64,000 bases of DNA from Lysobacterales bacterium (GCA_022844165.1 JALHMH010000014.1:51125-115124); one strand, 5' to 3'; shown: positions 10,619-21,209, numbered from the stretch's first letter. Numbers and translations: made by a program. Notes: a model not told the origin generated them from the letters alone.

Positions 10619-12028
10619 ATGATGATCCGATCTTTGCTGACCGGCGCAATGTGTTTTACCGCATTGCTGCAACTCAACACGCTCGGCGCGCAAGCTTTGC
10701 CCCGCGCTCCAAGCCCATTGCCCACCGACACTGAAGTCGAGCTCAGGAAGATCAACGATCTTGGTGTACTGATGCAGCGCGCTGAAAAGTGGCGATCAGA
10801 AGGCGATCTGCGGCGATACAGTTATGCGATCGAGCGGCTGGTGCAATTGCGCCCTTACAGCCCAAATTTCCAGTACGCACTTGCCCAGGCGTATGCGCTG
10901 CGCGACGAAAAAACCAAAGCCTACGACACCCTGATCAAAATCCAGAAACAAGGCCTGGCGTTGAATCCCGACAAGGACAGTGACTTTGACAAAGTCCGTA
11001 CAACGCCGGTCTTCAAATACATCGTTGATAGCATCGTCGTCAACGAAACGCCTTGGGGCGAAGGCTCTGTCGTGACCAATATTCAGAACGGTCCCGAACT
11101 GATCGAATCGGTGGTCTACGACAAGAAACGCGACCGTTTTCTGGCTGGGAGCGTGCGCACCGGTGCGGTTGTAGCGGTGGATCGCAGCGGTAAGACCACG
11201 CCGTTCGCCAGTCCTGCCACCACATCTGGCCTCAAGAGCGTGTTCGCGTTGGCGGTCGACGAGGCGCGCGGATTCTTGTGGGTAGGCACTGCCGGCGCAC
11301 CGCAATTCAAGGGTTTTCGTCAAGTCGATCTTGGGACTGGCGCATTGCTCAAGTTTGAACTGGCCAGCGGTAAGCTGGTTGCGACGCACAAGCTGCCATT
11401 CACCGGCGTTCCCCGCGCTTTCGGGTCGATTGCAGTGGCAGGTGACGGCACCGTTTACGCCACTGATGCGATCAGCAACGTCGTCTACCAGGTCAAAGGC
11501 AATCTGTTTCGCGAGCTGTTTGCTGTCCCGGAGTCGACCAGCCTTCGTGGTTTGAGCGTCAGTCCCGATCATAAGTTCTTGTACTTCGCTGACTACGAAC
11601 TCGGTCTGCGGGTTGCCGATCTGGGAAAGAGCGAAGTCCGTGAATTGTCGGTCGAAGGCCAGAATCTCGGTGGTATCGACGGGTTGTACTATTTCGACAA
11701 CCACTTGATTGCCATTCAAAACGGCACGGTGCCGACGCGTGTTATTCGCATCTCGGTCGACAAGGAAAAGGGCGTCCTGAAGGCGGTGCAGCCGCTGGAG
11801 GCAAACAAGGACCAAATGCCGTGGCCAACATTTGGTGCCGTCAGTGGCGACGACGTGTACTTCATTGCCAACAGTCAGCGCGATCTTTACGGTGCCGATG
11901 GGAAGCCCTTAGAGGGCACTTTCGTTGAGCCTCGCGCCATCTACAAGGTCAATGCGCGATTCGCGTGGGCCAAGGATGAAGCGGGCGTTCACGCGCCTTT
12001 GATCAAAGACGCCGAACCTGCGGGCTGA
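10619..12028 (+). CDS. Secreted protein with N-terminal TPR-like helices and an SMP-30/gluconolactonase-like beta-propeller
   Basis: Signal peptide-like N-terminus; TPR-like YALAQAYAL; propeller repeats (ESVVYD, ALAVDEARG.LWV, GLSVSPD, GIDGLY). Confidence 0.65.
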   Translation: MMIRSLLTGAMCFTALLQLNTLGAQALPRAPSPLPTDTEVELRKINDLGVLMQRAEKWRSEGDLRRYSYAIERLVQLRPYSPNFQYALAQAYALRDEKTKAYDTLIKIQKQGLALNPDKDSDFDKVRTTPVFKYIVDSIVVNETPWGEGSVVTNIQNGPELIESVVYDKKRDRFLAGSVRTGAVVAVDRSGKTTPFASPATTSGLKSVFALAVDEARGFLWVGTAGAPQFKGFRQVDLGTGALLKFELASGKLVATHKLPFTGVPRAFGSIAVAGDGTVYATDAISNVVYQVKGNLFRELFAVPESTSLRGLSVSPDHKFLYFADYELGLRVADLGKSEVRELSVEGQNLGGIDGLYYFDNHLIAIQNGTVPTRVIRISVDKEKGVLKAVQPLEANKDQMPWPTFGAVSGDDVYFIANSQRDLYGADGKPLEGTFVEPRAIYKVNARFAWAKDEAGVHAPLIKDAEPAG

Positions 12029-12834
12029 TGGAAGGGTTGCTTCAAACCTTGAAGGGAGCGCTCACTGTGTATGCGATTATTGTCGCGTACACGGCTGCAT
12101 TTACCGTGCTCGAAATGGTGGTGCCGGCAGAGAAGCAACAAGGATGGCGCCGTCGCGTCTTCAACTTGCACTATCTGCTCTATTACCAGGTGATTCTGGC
12201 GTTTACCATGCCCGCGCTGGTCTCACTGGTGGTTGGACAGTTGATGAGAACCTACCCACAGGCGTTTGGGGTGCTGGACGGCAATACCTGGCATTTGGCG
12301 CTCTTCGTATTGGTGTATTTCCTCGCGTACGATTTTTTTTATTACTGGTTCCATCGTTGGCAACACACGTGGCCGCTGCTGTGGCGCCAACACATGCTGC
12401 ATCACAGCGAGACGGCGTTGAATGCCACAACAGCTGGACGCCATCACTGGCTGGAGGAGCCAATCCGGGTGTTCACGATGACGCTGCCGCTGGCCATTTT
12501 GTTTCCCGGTGAGCCGGTCGTAGCCGGCATTGGCGGTTTGGTCATTGGAGCCTGGGTATTTTTTATTCATGCCAATCTGCGACTCCATCTGGGTCCGCTG
12601 ACGCCAGTGATTGTCGGCCCGCAGCTACATCGGATCCACCATAGCGATCAACCGCAACATACAGACAAGAATTTCGGCGCGTTTTTTCCGATTTGGGACG
12701 TCCTCTTTGGCACATACTATGGACCCGCCAAGAACGAGTTCCCGACGACCGGGTTGCATGATGGTCGTCGTGTCGACTCGGTGATCGAAGCGCTGTTGAT
12801 GCCCTTCGGATATCGCGCTCGGAAGAAATCTTGA
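12028..12834 (+). CDS. Sterol desaturase / fatty acid hydroxylase family membrane di-iron enzyme
   Basis: His boxes YWFHRWQH, HMLHHS, FIHAN, HRIHH; NFG.FFPIWD.LFGT. Confidence 0.9.
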   Translation: MEGLLQTLKGALTVYAIIVAYTAAFTVLEMVVPAEKQQGWRRRVFNLHYLLYYQVILAFTMPALVSLVVGQLMRTYPQAFGVLDGNTWHLALFVLVYFLAYDFFYYWFHRWQHTWPLLWRQHMLHHSETALNATTAGRHHWLEEPIRVFTMTLPLAILFPGEPVVAGIGGLVIGAWVFFIHANLRLHLGPLTPVIVGPQLHRIHHSDQPQHTDKNFGAFFPIWDVLFGTYYGPAKNEFPTTGLHDGRRVDSVIEALLMPFGYRARKKS

Positions 12835-13931
12835 GTCAAGTACTGCCTTCCTTGAGCGGCTCTCGAGTTTTCGGACTCGACCTGATGCGCGCGACCTCTC
12901 TGCTGATGATCATGTGCGTGCACAGTTCGCCACTGTTCGTCGCTCACTCGATGGCTGGCGCACGCGCAATGATTCCGTTCGGTGTGATCGCTGTCGAGAC
13001 GTTTTTCGTTTTGAGCGGGTTTCTGATCGGTCAGATTCTGCTTCGAGTTGCCGATGGCCGGCTCAGTTTGAAGGGTTTTTTGCTGCGGCGCTGGTTCCGA
13101 ACTCTGCCGAACTACTACCTTTTCCTGATCCTAAACTTCCTGGTCTACGCTCTCGTGCTCGACATGCAGGTAGGGGACTGGCGTTATTTCCTGTTCGCGC
13201 AGAACCTCATTGAGCGCATGCCGTTGTTTTTCTTTCCGGAGAGTTGGACGCTCGCTGCAGAAGAGTGGTTTTACTTCGTTACGCCGATCATGCTGGTCAT
13301 TGCGCGCGTGCTGCTCGGCCCCGGGCAGCGCGCGTTTTTTGCCGTCGCTATCCTCGCATTGCTGTTGTATCCGGTGTTACGGATCATCGCGGTGGCGACG
13401 GGCGAACCCCATTGGGATGACGATATTCGCAAAGTCGTTTACTTGCGCCTCGACACGATGATGTTCGGTGTTGCGCTGGCCGGTGTAAAACACTACCTCC
13501 CTCATGTCTGGCAGCGTCTGGGCGGCAATCTGGCAATCGCCGGTGCGCTGCTCTTGCTGGGATGGTTGGTGGTTTATGCGCTGATCGATATCGAAGCCCA
13601 TGAGTGGTTGGCAGTGCTGACGTTTAGCGTGGTGCCTGCCGGCTGCGCCGCATTCTTGCCGTATCTGGATCGCTGGCAACGTGCGTCGAGTGCTTTCTGG
13701 GACCGGTGGATTACGAATTTGAGCCTATGGTCGTATTCGATGTACCTGCTGCACTTTTTGCTGATGATGGTGCTCCTGAAGTTTGGATTCGAACTGGCCA
13801 GTCGCTCACTACTCGCGGCGGTCGCGATGGTGGTGGCCTGGGGATTCGTAGTGGGCCTGATCGGTGCGCAGGTGTACCGCAGGTTTGAATTGCCATGCAC
13901 CAATTTGCGCGATCGGTTTTCGCGCCCCTGA
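12831..13931 (+). CDS. Acyltransferase family 3 (OafA-like) membrane protein
   Basis: GLDLMRA, VETFFVLSGFLI, RRWFRTLPNY, SWTLAAEEWFY, SYSMYLLH. Confidence 0.9.
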   Translation: MSQVLPSLSGSRVFGLDLMRATSLLMIMCVHSSPLFVAHSMAGARAMIPFGVIAVETFFVLSGFLIGQILLRVADGRLSLKGFLLRRWFRTLPNYYLFLILNFLVYALVLDMQVGDWRYFLFAQNLIERMPLFFFPESWTLAAEEWFYFVTPIMLVIARVLLGPGQRAFFAVAILALLLYPVLRIIAVATGEPHWDDDIRKVVYLRLDTMMFGVALAGVKHYLPHVWQRLGGNLAIAGALLLLGWLVVYALIDIEAHEWLAVLTFSVVPAGCAAFLPYLDRWQRASSAFWDRWITNLSLWSYSMYLLHFLLMMVLLKFGFELASRSLLAAVAMVVAWGFVVGLIGAQVYRRFELPCTNLRDRFSRP

Positions 13932-13999
13932 GCGCGCGCAGCGGGCGCTGGCTGGCTGACCTCAGATAAAATGGCGGCCTGAATTCCGCGAGGCACGCC

Positions 14000-15667
14000 A
14001 TGAGCTTTCTTCAAGCGCCGCCGCAACTGGTCAATCCGTTCCACAGCGATCGTGTGCTGCAATCGGGTTTACGTCGCGTGCTCACACGCACCGAATTTGA
14101 AGCTTTGTGCGACGTCGCCATGGAACTCGGTCAATTGGTCGCCGATGAGCTGTATCCACAGCAGTTGGCAGAGCGTCTCATGGAGCCGGCGCACACGGCG
14201 TTCGATGCGTGGGGTCGGCGTGTCGATCAAATTTCGCTGACGCCATTGTGGCAACGCTTTCCGCACATCGCTGCTCGTTACGGTCTGGTCTGGCGCGGCT
14301 ACGACAAGGCCTTGGGTCCACACGCACGGTTGATGCAGTTTGCCCTGGTCTATCTCAGCTGCGCCGCGAGCGATTTTTATGCCTGCCCGTTGGCGATGAC
14401 CGATGGTGCCGCGCGCGCGCTGATCGAAAGTGGCAACGAAGCACTGATCCGGCGAGCGGTGGGCCGCTTTACGGCTCGGCGTGGCGAGTTGTTATGGACG
14501 TCTGGCCAGTGGATGACAGAGACGACGGGTGGCTCGGATGTTTCGCGCAGTCAAACGCGGGCCGTGCACGATGGCGAAGTCTGGCGCCTGTATGGGCGTA
14601 AGTGGTTCACTTCTGCGGCGACCTCGGAGGCGGCCTTGCTGCTGGCCAGGCCGGACGGAAACCCCGATGGATCGGAAGGACTGGCGCTGTTCTATATCGA
14701 ACCGCGAGATTCTGCGGGCCGTTTGCACCACATAAGGGTCGATCGACTCAAGGACAAGCTCGGTACGCGCAAATTGCCGACTGCCGAATTGACACTCGAC
14801 GGCGCACCTGCGCAGTTGGTCGGCAACGATCGCCACGGAATTCGCTTGATCGCGCCGGTACTCAATCAAACCCGTGTCTGGAACACGTTTGCTGCGCTTT
14901 CTTACTACCGTAGAGGCCTGATGCTGCTGCGCGACTATGCCGCTCGCCGCCAGATCGGCGGCCTCACGCTCGCGCACCTGCCGTTGCAACAGGACACCTT
15001 CGCGGGTCTGCTGGCCGAATTCGAGGCGGGCCTGCATCTTGCGTTGCATGTGGCCGAGCTGATGGGGAAAAGCGAACATGGCCAGCTCGACGATCGACAT
15101 CGCGTCCTGTTACGGCTCTTGATCCCGATCGCCAAACTTCTCACCGCAAGGCAAACGATCGCAGGGCTGAGTGAAATCGTTGAGGGATTCGGGGGCGCCG
15201 GATATCTTGAAGATACCGGCATCCCTGGGTTGATGCGCGACGCCCAGGTTTTCAGCATCTGGGAAGGCTCCACCGATGTTCTGGCGCTCGATGCGATGCG
15301 GGTATTGGTCGCCGAAGGCACATGGGCCGCGTTGCAGGCGGCACTGTTTGCACTCACTGCACAGGCGACCGGGCTCTTCGATCGGGAACTGCCGCAATTA
15401 CGTACGGCATTCGATGCGGCAAAACAATCGCTCAGCGGGCATGCCAATCGCTGCGAGCGTGACGCAAGAGCGCGTGGCGTAGCCATGACGATCGGACGTT
15501 GTTATGCGTTCGCGTTGCTCGCGAGGCATGCGTGTTGGGCGAGCATGGCCGAACAGGACAGGCGGCCTGCCGCCGCGGCTCGCCGGTTCTTGGCGCATGG
15601 ACTCAATCGCTGCTACGACACACCGCGGGCGGATTCGCAGCAGTTGGCATTGGATGAGTTTCCATGA
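14000..15667 (+). CDS. Acyl-CoA dehydrogenase family protein (AidB-like subgroup)
   Basis: CPLAMTDGA, GQWMTETTGGSDV, KWFTSA, RLKDKLGT, GGAGYLED, IWEG. Confidence 0.88.
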   Translation: MSFLQAPPQLVNPFHSDRVLQSGLRRVLTRTEFEALCDVAMELGQLVADELYPQQLAERLMEPAHTAFDAWGRRVDQISLTPLWQRFPHIAARYGLVWRGYDKALGPHARLMQFALVYLSCAASDFYACPLAMTDGAARALIESGNEALIRRAVGRFTARRGELLWTSGQWMTETTGGSDVSRSQTRAVHDGEVWRLYGRKWFTSAATSEAALLLARPDGNPDGSEGLALFYIEPRDSAGRLHHIRVDRLKDKLGTRKLPTAELTLDGAPAQLVGNDRHGIRLIAPVLNQTRVWNTFAALSYYRRGLMLLRDYAARRQIGGLTLAHLPLQQDTFAGLLAEFEAGLHLALHVAELMGKSEHGQLDDRHRVLLRLLIPIAKLLTARQTIAGLSEIVEGFGGAGYLEDTGIPGLMRDAQVFSIWEGSTDVLALDAMRVLVAEGTWAALQAALFALTAQATGLFDRELPQLRTAFDAAKQSLSGHANRCERDARARGVAMTIGRCYAFALLARHACWASMAEQDRRPAAAARRFLAHGLNRCYDTPRADSQQLALDEFP

Positions 15668-15740
15668 GGCATCGGCGCGGTTCGCTTTTCTGTGCGCGAT
15701 TCGCTATTGAAGCGCCACCTGTGGTCCTCGAGCGCAAACC

Positions 15741-16226
15741 ATGAATGAACTCTGCATTGTGACGACTGGCGGCACGATCGACAAAATCTACTTCGATGAC
15801 CTGTCCCAATTTCAGATCGGCGAGCCGGAAATCGGCAAGATCCTCTCTCAGTTCGGGGTGAATTTGAAGTTCGATGTGATCGCGCTGATGCGCAAAGACA
15901 GCCTGCACATCACGAGCGACGACCGTGAGCTGATTCGGCGGACCATTGCGGCGCAGCCGCATCGCCATGTGCTGGTGACGCACGGGACCGATACGATGAT
16001 CGAAACTGCCAAAGTGCTCGCCGGAATCGATGATAAAGTCATCGTGCTGACAGGTGCTTTGAATCCTGCACGGTTCCAGGCGTCAGATGCGGTGTTCAAC
16101 ATCGGCTGCGCGATCGGCGCGTTGCAATGCCTTTCGCCTGGCGTTTTCATCGCCATGAGCGGCCGCGTGTGGGATCCGCTTAAGGTCCGCAAGAACCGGG
16201 ACGCGAACCGTTTCGAAGCGATGTAG
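15741..16226 (+). CDS. Short asparaginase-domain protein (N-terminal domain only)
   Basis: TTGGTIDK and HGTDT catalytic Thr motifs; 161 aa. Confidence 0.85.
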   Translation: MNELCIVTTGGTIDKIYFDDLSQFQIGEPEIGKILSQFGVNLKFDVIALMRKDSLHITSDDRELIRRTIAAQPHRHVLVTHGTDTMIETAKVLAGIDDKVIVLTGALNPARFQASDAVFNIGCAIGALQCLSPGVFIAMSGRVWDPLKVRKNRDANRFEAM

Positions 16227-16250
16227 CCTGCTGTCGCGGTCACGCGCTTT

Positions 16251-17852
16251 GTGCCGCTGGGTTCCGATAGCCTCGTTGAATCTTCCCCGTACAGGTCAAA
16301 CTTGTCCAGAATATCGATTCACACTTTGGTCTTGCTGTTGGCGATTCCCCATCTGGTGCCACTGCTCGCCACTGGCGTCGGCTGGTGGCGGGCAGACCCG
16401 GAGGTCCTGGCACACCTTCGTTTGTACGTGCTTCCGGATGCTCTGGTGCACACCGTGTGGATTTCGCTGGGTGTGGTGCTCGTCACCGCATTGCTCGGTA
16501 TAACTTTGGGTGCACTGGTGGCGTTGTGCGAGTTTCCGGGGCGCCGTTGGCTGCGTTGGGCCTTGGTCTTGCCCATTGCCTTGCCAGGATATGTGCTTGC
16601 GGTCGCGTGGATCGGATTGATGGACTACACCGGTCCGATTGCGTCGGCACTGCGTGAGATCGGCCTCGGGTGGCCCGAATTTCGTTCGATGCCCGGTGTG
16701 GTTTTTGTGCTGAGCTTATCGCTATACCCCTATGTGTACCTGGTTGCTCGGGAGGCATTTGCCTCGCAAGGGGCGCGTGCCATGGAAGTTGCGCGTGCGC
16801 TCGGACATCGACCATTGCGCGCGCTCCTCCAGGCTGCTTTGCCTTTGGCGCGTCCGGCCATTGTTGGAGCCTTGCTTTTGGTCGCGATGGAAGTGCTCGC
16901 CGATTTTGGAACGGTCTCGGCGTTCAACATCGATACGCTGACGGTTGCGATCTACAAAGCCTGGTTCGCACTGTTTTCGCTGGAGTCGGCGCTGGCGCTG
17001 GCCGGCGTTCTGTTGGTTCTGGTCATCGGCTTAAGTGCCTTAGAAATGCGCTGGCGAGGTCGTCGGCGTTTCGATAGCGTCGGCAGCGCGCCTGCTCGGC
17101 GAATCGTCGTTGGTACTTGGGCGACGGTGGTCTGCATCCTCGTGCTCCTGCTGGCGTTGGCAATTCCGGTTGGGCGCCTGTTCTGGCTGGTCTGGCTCAG
17201 CGAAGGCGATTGGCCATGGCGTTTCGCGCAGAATTCAGTGCTGCTTGGCGGCATGGCCGCAGCCAGCGCTGCCGCAGCTGCAACAGTTTTCGCCGTGGCC
17301 GCGCGCGAAGTGCCCACGTTGCTGACGCATGGCGCCAAACGCCTCGCGCTCACCGGATACGGAATGCCGGGTGCGCTGCTGGCGATCGGCCTGTATGTTC
17401 CCGTCGCAGCATTGAATGCGTGGCTTGCAGAATTCGCTCAAGTCGATTGGGCAATTCAGGGCAGTGTTCTATTGCTGGTTCTGGCCTTGACCGTGCGCTT
17501 CAGCGCGGTTGCATTGGCGCCGATTGATGGCGCGCTGGCCCGAATACGTCCCACGCTGATCGATAGCGCGCGTGGACTTGGCATCAGCGGCTTGTCCTTG
17601 GTCGCCAAAGTGCATCTACCCTTGCTGCGCAGCGGCCTGTTGGTTGGGTTGTTGCTGGTGGCAATCGACACGATGAAAGAGATGCCGATCACTTTGATGA
17701 TGCGACCCTTCGGTTGGGATACGTTGGCGACTCGGGTATTCGAATTGACCCAGGAGGGGCGTTGGGCCGAAGCGGCCATGCCTTCACTGTTGATTGGATT
17801 GGTCGGGTTGCTGCCCATATTCTGGCTGGAGCGTGGCCATGCTAGAACTTGA
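16251..17852 (+). CDS. Fe(3+) ABC transporter permease (FbpB-like)
   Basis: Two permease repeats with EAA-like loops (MEVARALG, IDSARGLG), MKEMPITLMMRPFGWDTLA; start uncertain. Confidence 0.88.
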   Translation: MPLGSDSLVESSPYRSNLSRISIHTLVLLLAIPHLVPLLATGVGWWRADPEVLAHLRLYVLPDALVHTVWISLGVVLVTALLGITLGALVALCEFPGRRWLRWALVLPIALPGYVLAVAWIGLMDYTGPIASALREIGLGWPEFRSMPGVVFVLSLSLYPYVYLVAREAFASQGARAMEVARALGHRPLRALLQAALPLARPAIVGALLLVAMEVLADFGTVSAFNIDTLTVAIYKAWFALFSLESALALAGVLLVLVIGLSALEMRWRGRRRFDSVGSAPARRIVVGTWATVVCILVLLLALAIPVGRLFWLVWLSEGDWPWRFAQNSVLLGGMAAASAAAAATVFAVAAREVPTLLTHGAKRLALTGYGMPGALLAIGLYVPVAALNAWLAEFAQVDWAIQGSVLLLVLALTVRFSAVALAPIDGALARIRPTLIDSARGLGISGLSLVAKVHLPLLRSGLLVGLLLVAIDTMKEMPITLMMRPFGWDTLATRVFELTQEGRWAEAAMPSLLIGLVGLLPIFWLERGHART

Positions 17853-18855
17853 ATCGGTCAGCGTGGCCTATGGTCAGCAACGCGTAGTGCATGATCTGAC
17901 GGTGAAACTGGGGAAGGGGCAGGTGGCTTGTATGCTGGGGCCATCGGGTTCTGGCAAGACCAGCGTGCTGCGTGCGATTGCCGGGTTCGAACCGATCGTT
18001 TCGGGTGAGATTCGTGTTGCGGATCGGTTGCTGTCGAATGCGTCGCAACGAGTGGCGCCCGAAGATCGCCATATCGGCATGGTGTTTCAGGATTTCGCGC
18101 TGTTGCCGCACCTGACGGTGGCACAGAATATCGCTTTCGGACTACATCGCGATTCCAGATCCAAACGCGAGTCTCGCGTGCGGGAGATGCTGGATTTTGT
18201 GCAACTCGATGCACGCGATAAATACCCGCACGAGCTGAGCGGCGGTATGCAGCAGCGAGTCGCGTTAGCCCGTGCGTTAGCGCCGATGCCGAGCTTGTTG
18301 TTAATGGATGAGCCCTTCGCCAATCTGGATGCGGGCCTTCGCGAGCGGCTGTCGATTGAACTTCGCGAGCTACTCGAGCGCGCAGCGATGACGACGTTGA
18401 TCGTCACCCATACGCAAAATGAGGCATTTGCCTTGGGTGATCAGCTTGGCGTGATGATGGCCGGGCGCCTCCGGCAATGGGCCACTCCGTACGTTGTTTA
18501 TCACGAACCTGCCGATATCGATGTTGCGCAGTTCGTCGGCGAGAGCGCTTTGATTCAAGGGCGGTGCGGCAACGGCGGCGTCGACTGTGCGCTCGGAATG
18601 TTGGCGACACGGTCTTGCGTTGCCGACGACGTGCGCTTGTTGTTACGGCCAGACGATATTGTGCACGACGATACTTCTGCGGTGACCGCACGCGTGTTAC
18701 GCCGGGCATTCCGGGGCGCGGAGTTTCTGTATACCCTGGAGCTCGACAATGGTGAGCGCGTGCTCAGTCTTGTGCCGTCTCACCACCAGCACGCGATCGG
18801 CGAACGAATCGGCATACGGCTGGATGTCGAGCACGTTGTGTGTTTCGCACGCTAA
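17839..18855 (+). CDS. Fe(3+) ABC transporter ATP-binding protein (FbpC-like)
   Basis: GPSGSGKT, LSGGMQQR, LLMDEPF, C-terminal TOBE-like domain. Confidence 0.9.
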   Translation: MLELESVSVAYGQQRVVHDLTVKLGKGQVACMLGPSGSGKTSVLRAIAGFEPIVSGEIRVADRLLSNASQRVAPEDRHIGMVFQDFALLPHLTVAQNIAFGLHRDSRSKRESRVREMLDFVQLDARDKYPHELSGGMQQRVALARALAPMPSLLLMDEPFANLDAGLRERLSIELRELLERAAMTTLIVTHTQNEAFALGDQLGVMMAGRLRQWATPYVVYHEPADIDVAQFVGESALIQGRCGNGGVDCALGMLATRSCVADDVRLLLRPDDIVHDDTSAVTARVLRRAFRGAEFLYTLELDNGERVLSLVPSHHQHAIGERIGIRLDVEHVVCFAR

Positions 18856-18883
18856 CGAGGCTTCGCCGCAGACCGCCGGGCAT
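18856..18883 (+). repeat. 5' fragment of the dispersed structured element
   Basis: CGAGGCTTCGCCGCAGACCGCCGGGCAT directly after the fbpC-like TAA, nearly identical to the 5' end of the copies at 53254 and 57759. Confidence 0.7.
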
Positions 18884-18897
18884 CCTGCACTGACACC

Positions 18898-20226
18898 TCA
18901 GATTGCGCCGCGGCGCTTCAATTCAGTGTAGCGGTTGACCAAGGCCAAGGGTAGTGCGGCAGGTTCGACATCGATGCAGGGAATGCGTGCAGCTTCGAGT
19001 CGCGCAAAACTTCGCTGGCGATCGAGCAGATATTGTGCGGTGGCGGCATGTGTCAGCGCACTGTCGAGATTGTCGACTGGTGCGCGCAGAGCCGCTTCCA
19101 GTATGTACTCGCGCAACGATGCGACCACCACAAGGTGACGCTGTCGGAGCAGGGAGATGGCTGGCTTCAGGGTGTCGTCGTCTTCATCGCGCAGGTTGGT
19201 GATGATGACCACGAGGCTGCGTTTTCGATTCAAGCCCATCAATCGCACAGCCGCAGCGTAATAGTCGGGTACGGCGAGGCTCGCTTGCAAGTCGAACGTG
19301 GCCGCCATGAGTGCGGTGACCGTACTCTGAGACTTGCGTGGCGGCAGGTATCGATCGATGCCGCCAAAGGTCAGCAAGCCCACCGCATCTCCCTGGCGCA
19401 CCGCCACGTAGGCGAGCATCAACGCGGCGTTGAGCGCGTGGTCCAAATGAGACAAGGCCCCGTCCCGTGCGTGCATACGCCGACCGCAATCGAGCAACAA
19501 GAGAATTTGCTGGTCGCGCTCGTCCCGGTATTCGCGAGAAATCAGCTTGCGCACGCGACTGGTGGCTTTCCAGTCGATTTGCCGTGGCGCATCGCCTTCG
19601 CGGTATTCGCGCAGCTGATGGAAGTCCAGGCCTTCGCCGCGGCGGCGCCTTTGTAGGATGCCCGCTTGCGACAGACGATTGTCGGCCGCGAGCAAGGTAT
19701 AGCCAACCAATGCTGCGAAGTCAGGGTACACGCGAACCGTTTGCGCAATGCCGGCCCGAACGCGTCTGGCCAGCAGCCCAATGTGCGTCGACAGCCAAAG
19801 TTCGGCTGCGGCAAATTGCATTTCGCCGCGTTCCAAAGGCTTCAATCGATACTTGATCTGAACCGTTGCGCCGCGCGCCAGATGCAGCGATTGCGGCAAC
19901 GCGTGTGTCTCGCAATGCGCTGGATAGTGGTCGATCACGCGCAGAAAGAAGCCGATCTGTGTGCCTTCAACGGCCAGAATGACGTCATGTTCGACACCAA
20001 CCGCCAGTGCGTGGTTAACTTGGCGCTTGACGCTGGGGACGCGCGCACGAAGCAACTGCACGGCATCGATCGCCACGGCAAGGAGAACGATGGCCCCGGC
20101 GGCCCACCAGGCCAGGCCAAGCCTGGGGAAAAACGATGCGGCAATCGCAAATACGAGCCAGCCCAACGCCAGCCATACCAGGCGTTGCGTTGGTATCAAC
20201 CAGCTTCGTGACGACCCATCGCTCAC
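18898..20226 (-). CDS. DUF58 domain (vWA-like) membrane-anchored protein
   Basis: DFHQLREYREGD..RQIDWKATSR, LDCGRRM, GDAVGL. Confidence 0.9.
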   Translation of the reverse strand: MSDGSSRSWLIPTQRLVWLALGWLVFAIAASFFPRLGLAWWAAGAIVLLAVAIDAVQLLRARVPSVKRQVNHALAVGVEHDVILAVEGTQIGFFLRVIDHYPAHCETHALPQSLHLARGATVQIKYRLKPLERGEMQFAAAELWLSTHIGLLARRVRAGIAQTVRVYPDFAALVGYTLLAADNRLSQAGILQRRRRGEGLDFHQLREYREGDAPRQIDWKATSRVRKLISREYRDERDQQILLLLDCGRRMHARDGALSHLDHALNAALMLAYVAVRQGDAVGLLTFGGIDRYLPPRKSQSTVTALMAATFDLQASLAVPDYYAAAVRLMGLNRKRSLVVIITNLRDEDDDTLKPAISLLRQRHLVVVASLREYILEAALRAPVDNLDSALTHAATAQYLLDRQRSFARLEAARIPCIDVEPAALPLALVNRYTELKRRGAI

Positions 20227-21206
20227 AAACGCGGCGCCTCGATCTTCTCCAGCAGTTCGGCAATCAGCATGTCGGCGGTGCGGCCCTCGATCACCAGATC
20301 AGCGACTGGGCTGATACGATGTCGCAAAGCGCTTGGCGCAAGCCGTTTGATGTCGTCGGGAGTCACGAAGTCGCGTCCAGCCAGGAGCGCCAAAGATCGT
20401 GCGCAGCGAATGAGTGCGATCGCGCCTCGTGTCGATGCCCCGCTGCCAATGCCGGCGAAATCGCGGGTTTGGCGCACAAGACGAAGTACGTAGGCTTCGA
20501 CGGCTGGATCGACGCGCACACTGGCGGTAATCGCCTGCAGTTTGGCCAGCGTCTCTGGGTTCAGTACCGGCATGACTTTGTCGATATTCAGCCGATCGGC
20601 GCTGCGCTTTTCGGTGGCGAAGCGAAGAACCGAAAGCTCTTCGCTTTCCGCTGGGTAATCGATCACGACTTTGAGCAAGAAGCGGTCTAGCTGGGCTTCG
20701 GGTAGCGCATAGGTGCCTTCTTGCTCGATTGGATTCTGGGTTGCCAACACCATGAATGGCGGATCGAGTTTGTGCGCTGCTCCATCAAGCGTGACCTGGC
20801 TTTCTTGCATCACCTCAAGCAACGCGGCCTGGGTTTTGGCCGGCGCCCGATTGACTTCATCGGCGAGTACGAAGTTCGCAAAGACCGGGCCCTTGCGGGT
20901 CGTGAATTGACCGTTACTCGGGTCGTATAGCGTATGGCCTGTGACATCCGCAGGCATGATGTCCGGCGTGAACTGCACGCGCGAGTAGCGGCCGCCGGAT
21001 GCGCGTGCCAGGGCTTGAACGAGCAGTGTTTTCCCGAGTCCCGGAACGCCTTCGATGAGCACATGGCCACCACCGAGTAATGCAGCGATGACTTCTTCGA
21101 CGACACGATCCTGTCCGAGAAACGCCTGGGCAACGCTGCGTTTCAGGCGCTGCAGGACCTCACCGGCGCGGGCGAGAGCTTCGATGGGAAGGGTGTTGTC
21201 GCTCAT
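20223..21206 (-). CDS. MoxR-family AAA+ ATPase
   Basis: EGVPGLGKT, RVQFTPD.MPAD, DEVNRAPAKTQAALLE, NPIEQEGTY.LPEAQLDRF. Confidence 0.95.
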   Translation of the reverse strand: MSDNTLPIEALARAGEVLQRLKRSVAQAFLGQDRVVEEVIAALLGGGHVLIEGVPGLGKTLLVQALARASGGRYSRVQFTPDIMPADVTGHTLYDPSNGQFTTRKGPVFANFVLADEVNRAPAKTQAALLEVMQESQVTLDGAAHKLDPPFMVLATQNPIEQEGTYALPEAQLDRFLLKVVIDYPAESEELSVLRFATEKRSADRLNIDKVMPVLNPETLAKLQAITASVRVDPAVEAYVLRLVRQTRDFAGIGSGASTRGAIALIRCARSLALLAGRDFVTPDDIKRLAPSALRHRISPVADLVIEGRTADMLIAELLEKIEAPRL

Positions 21207-21209
21207 GAT

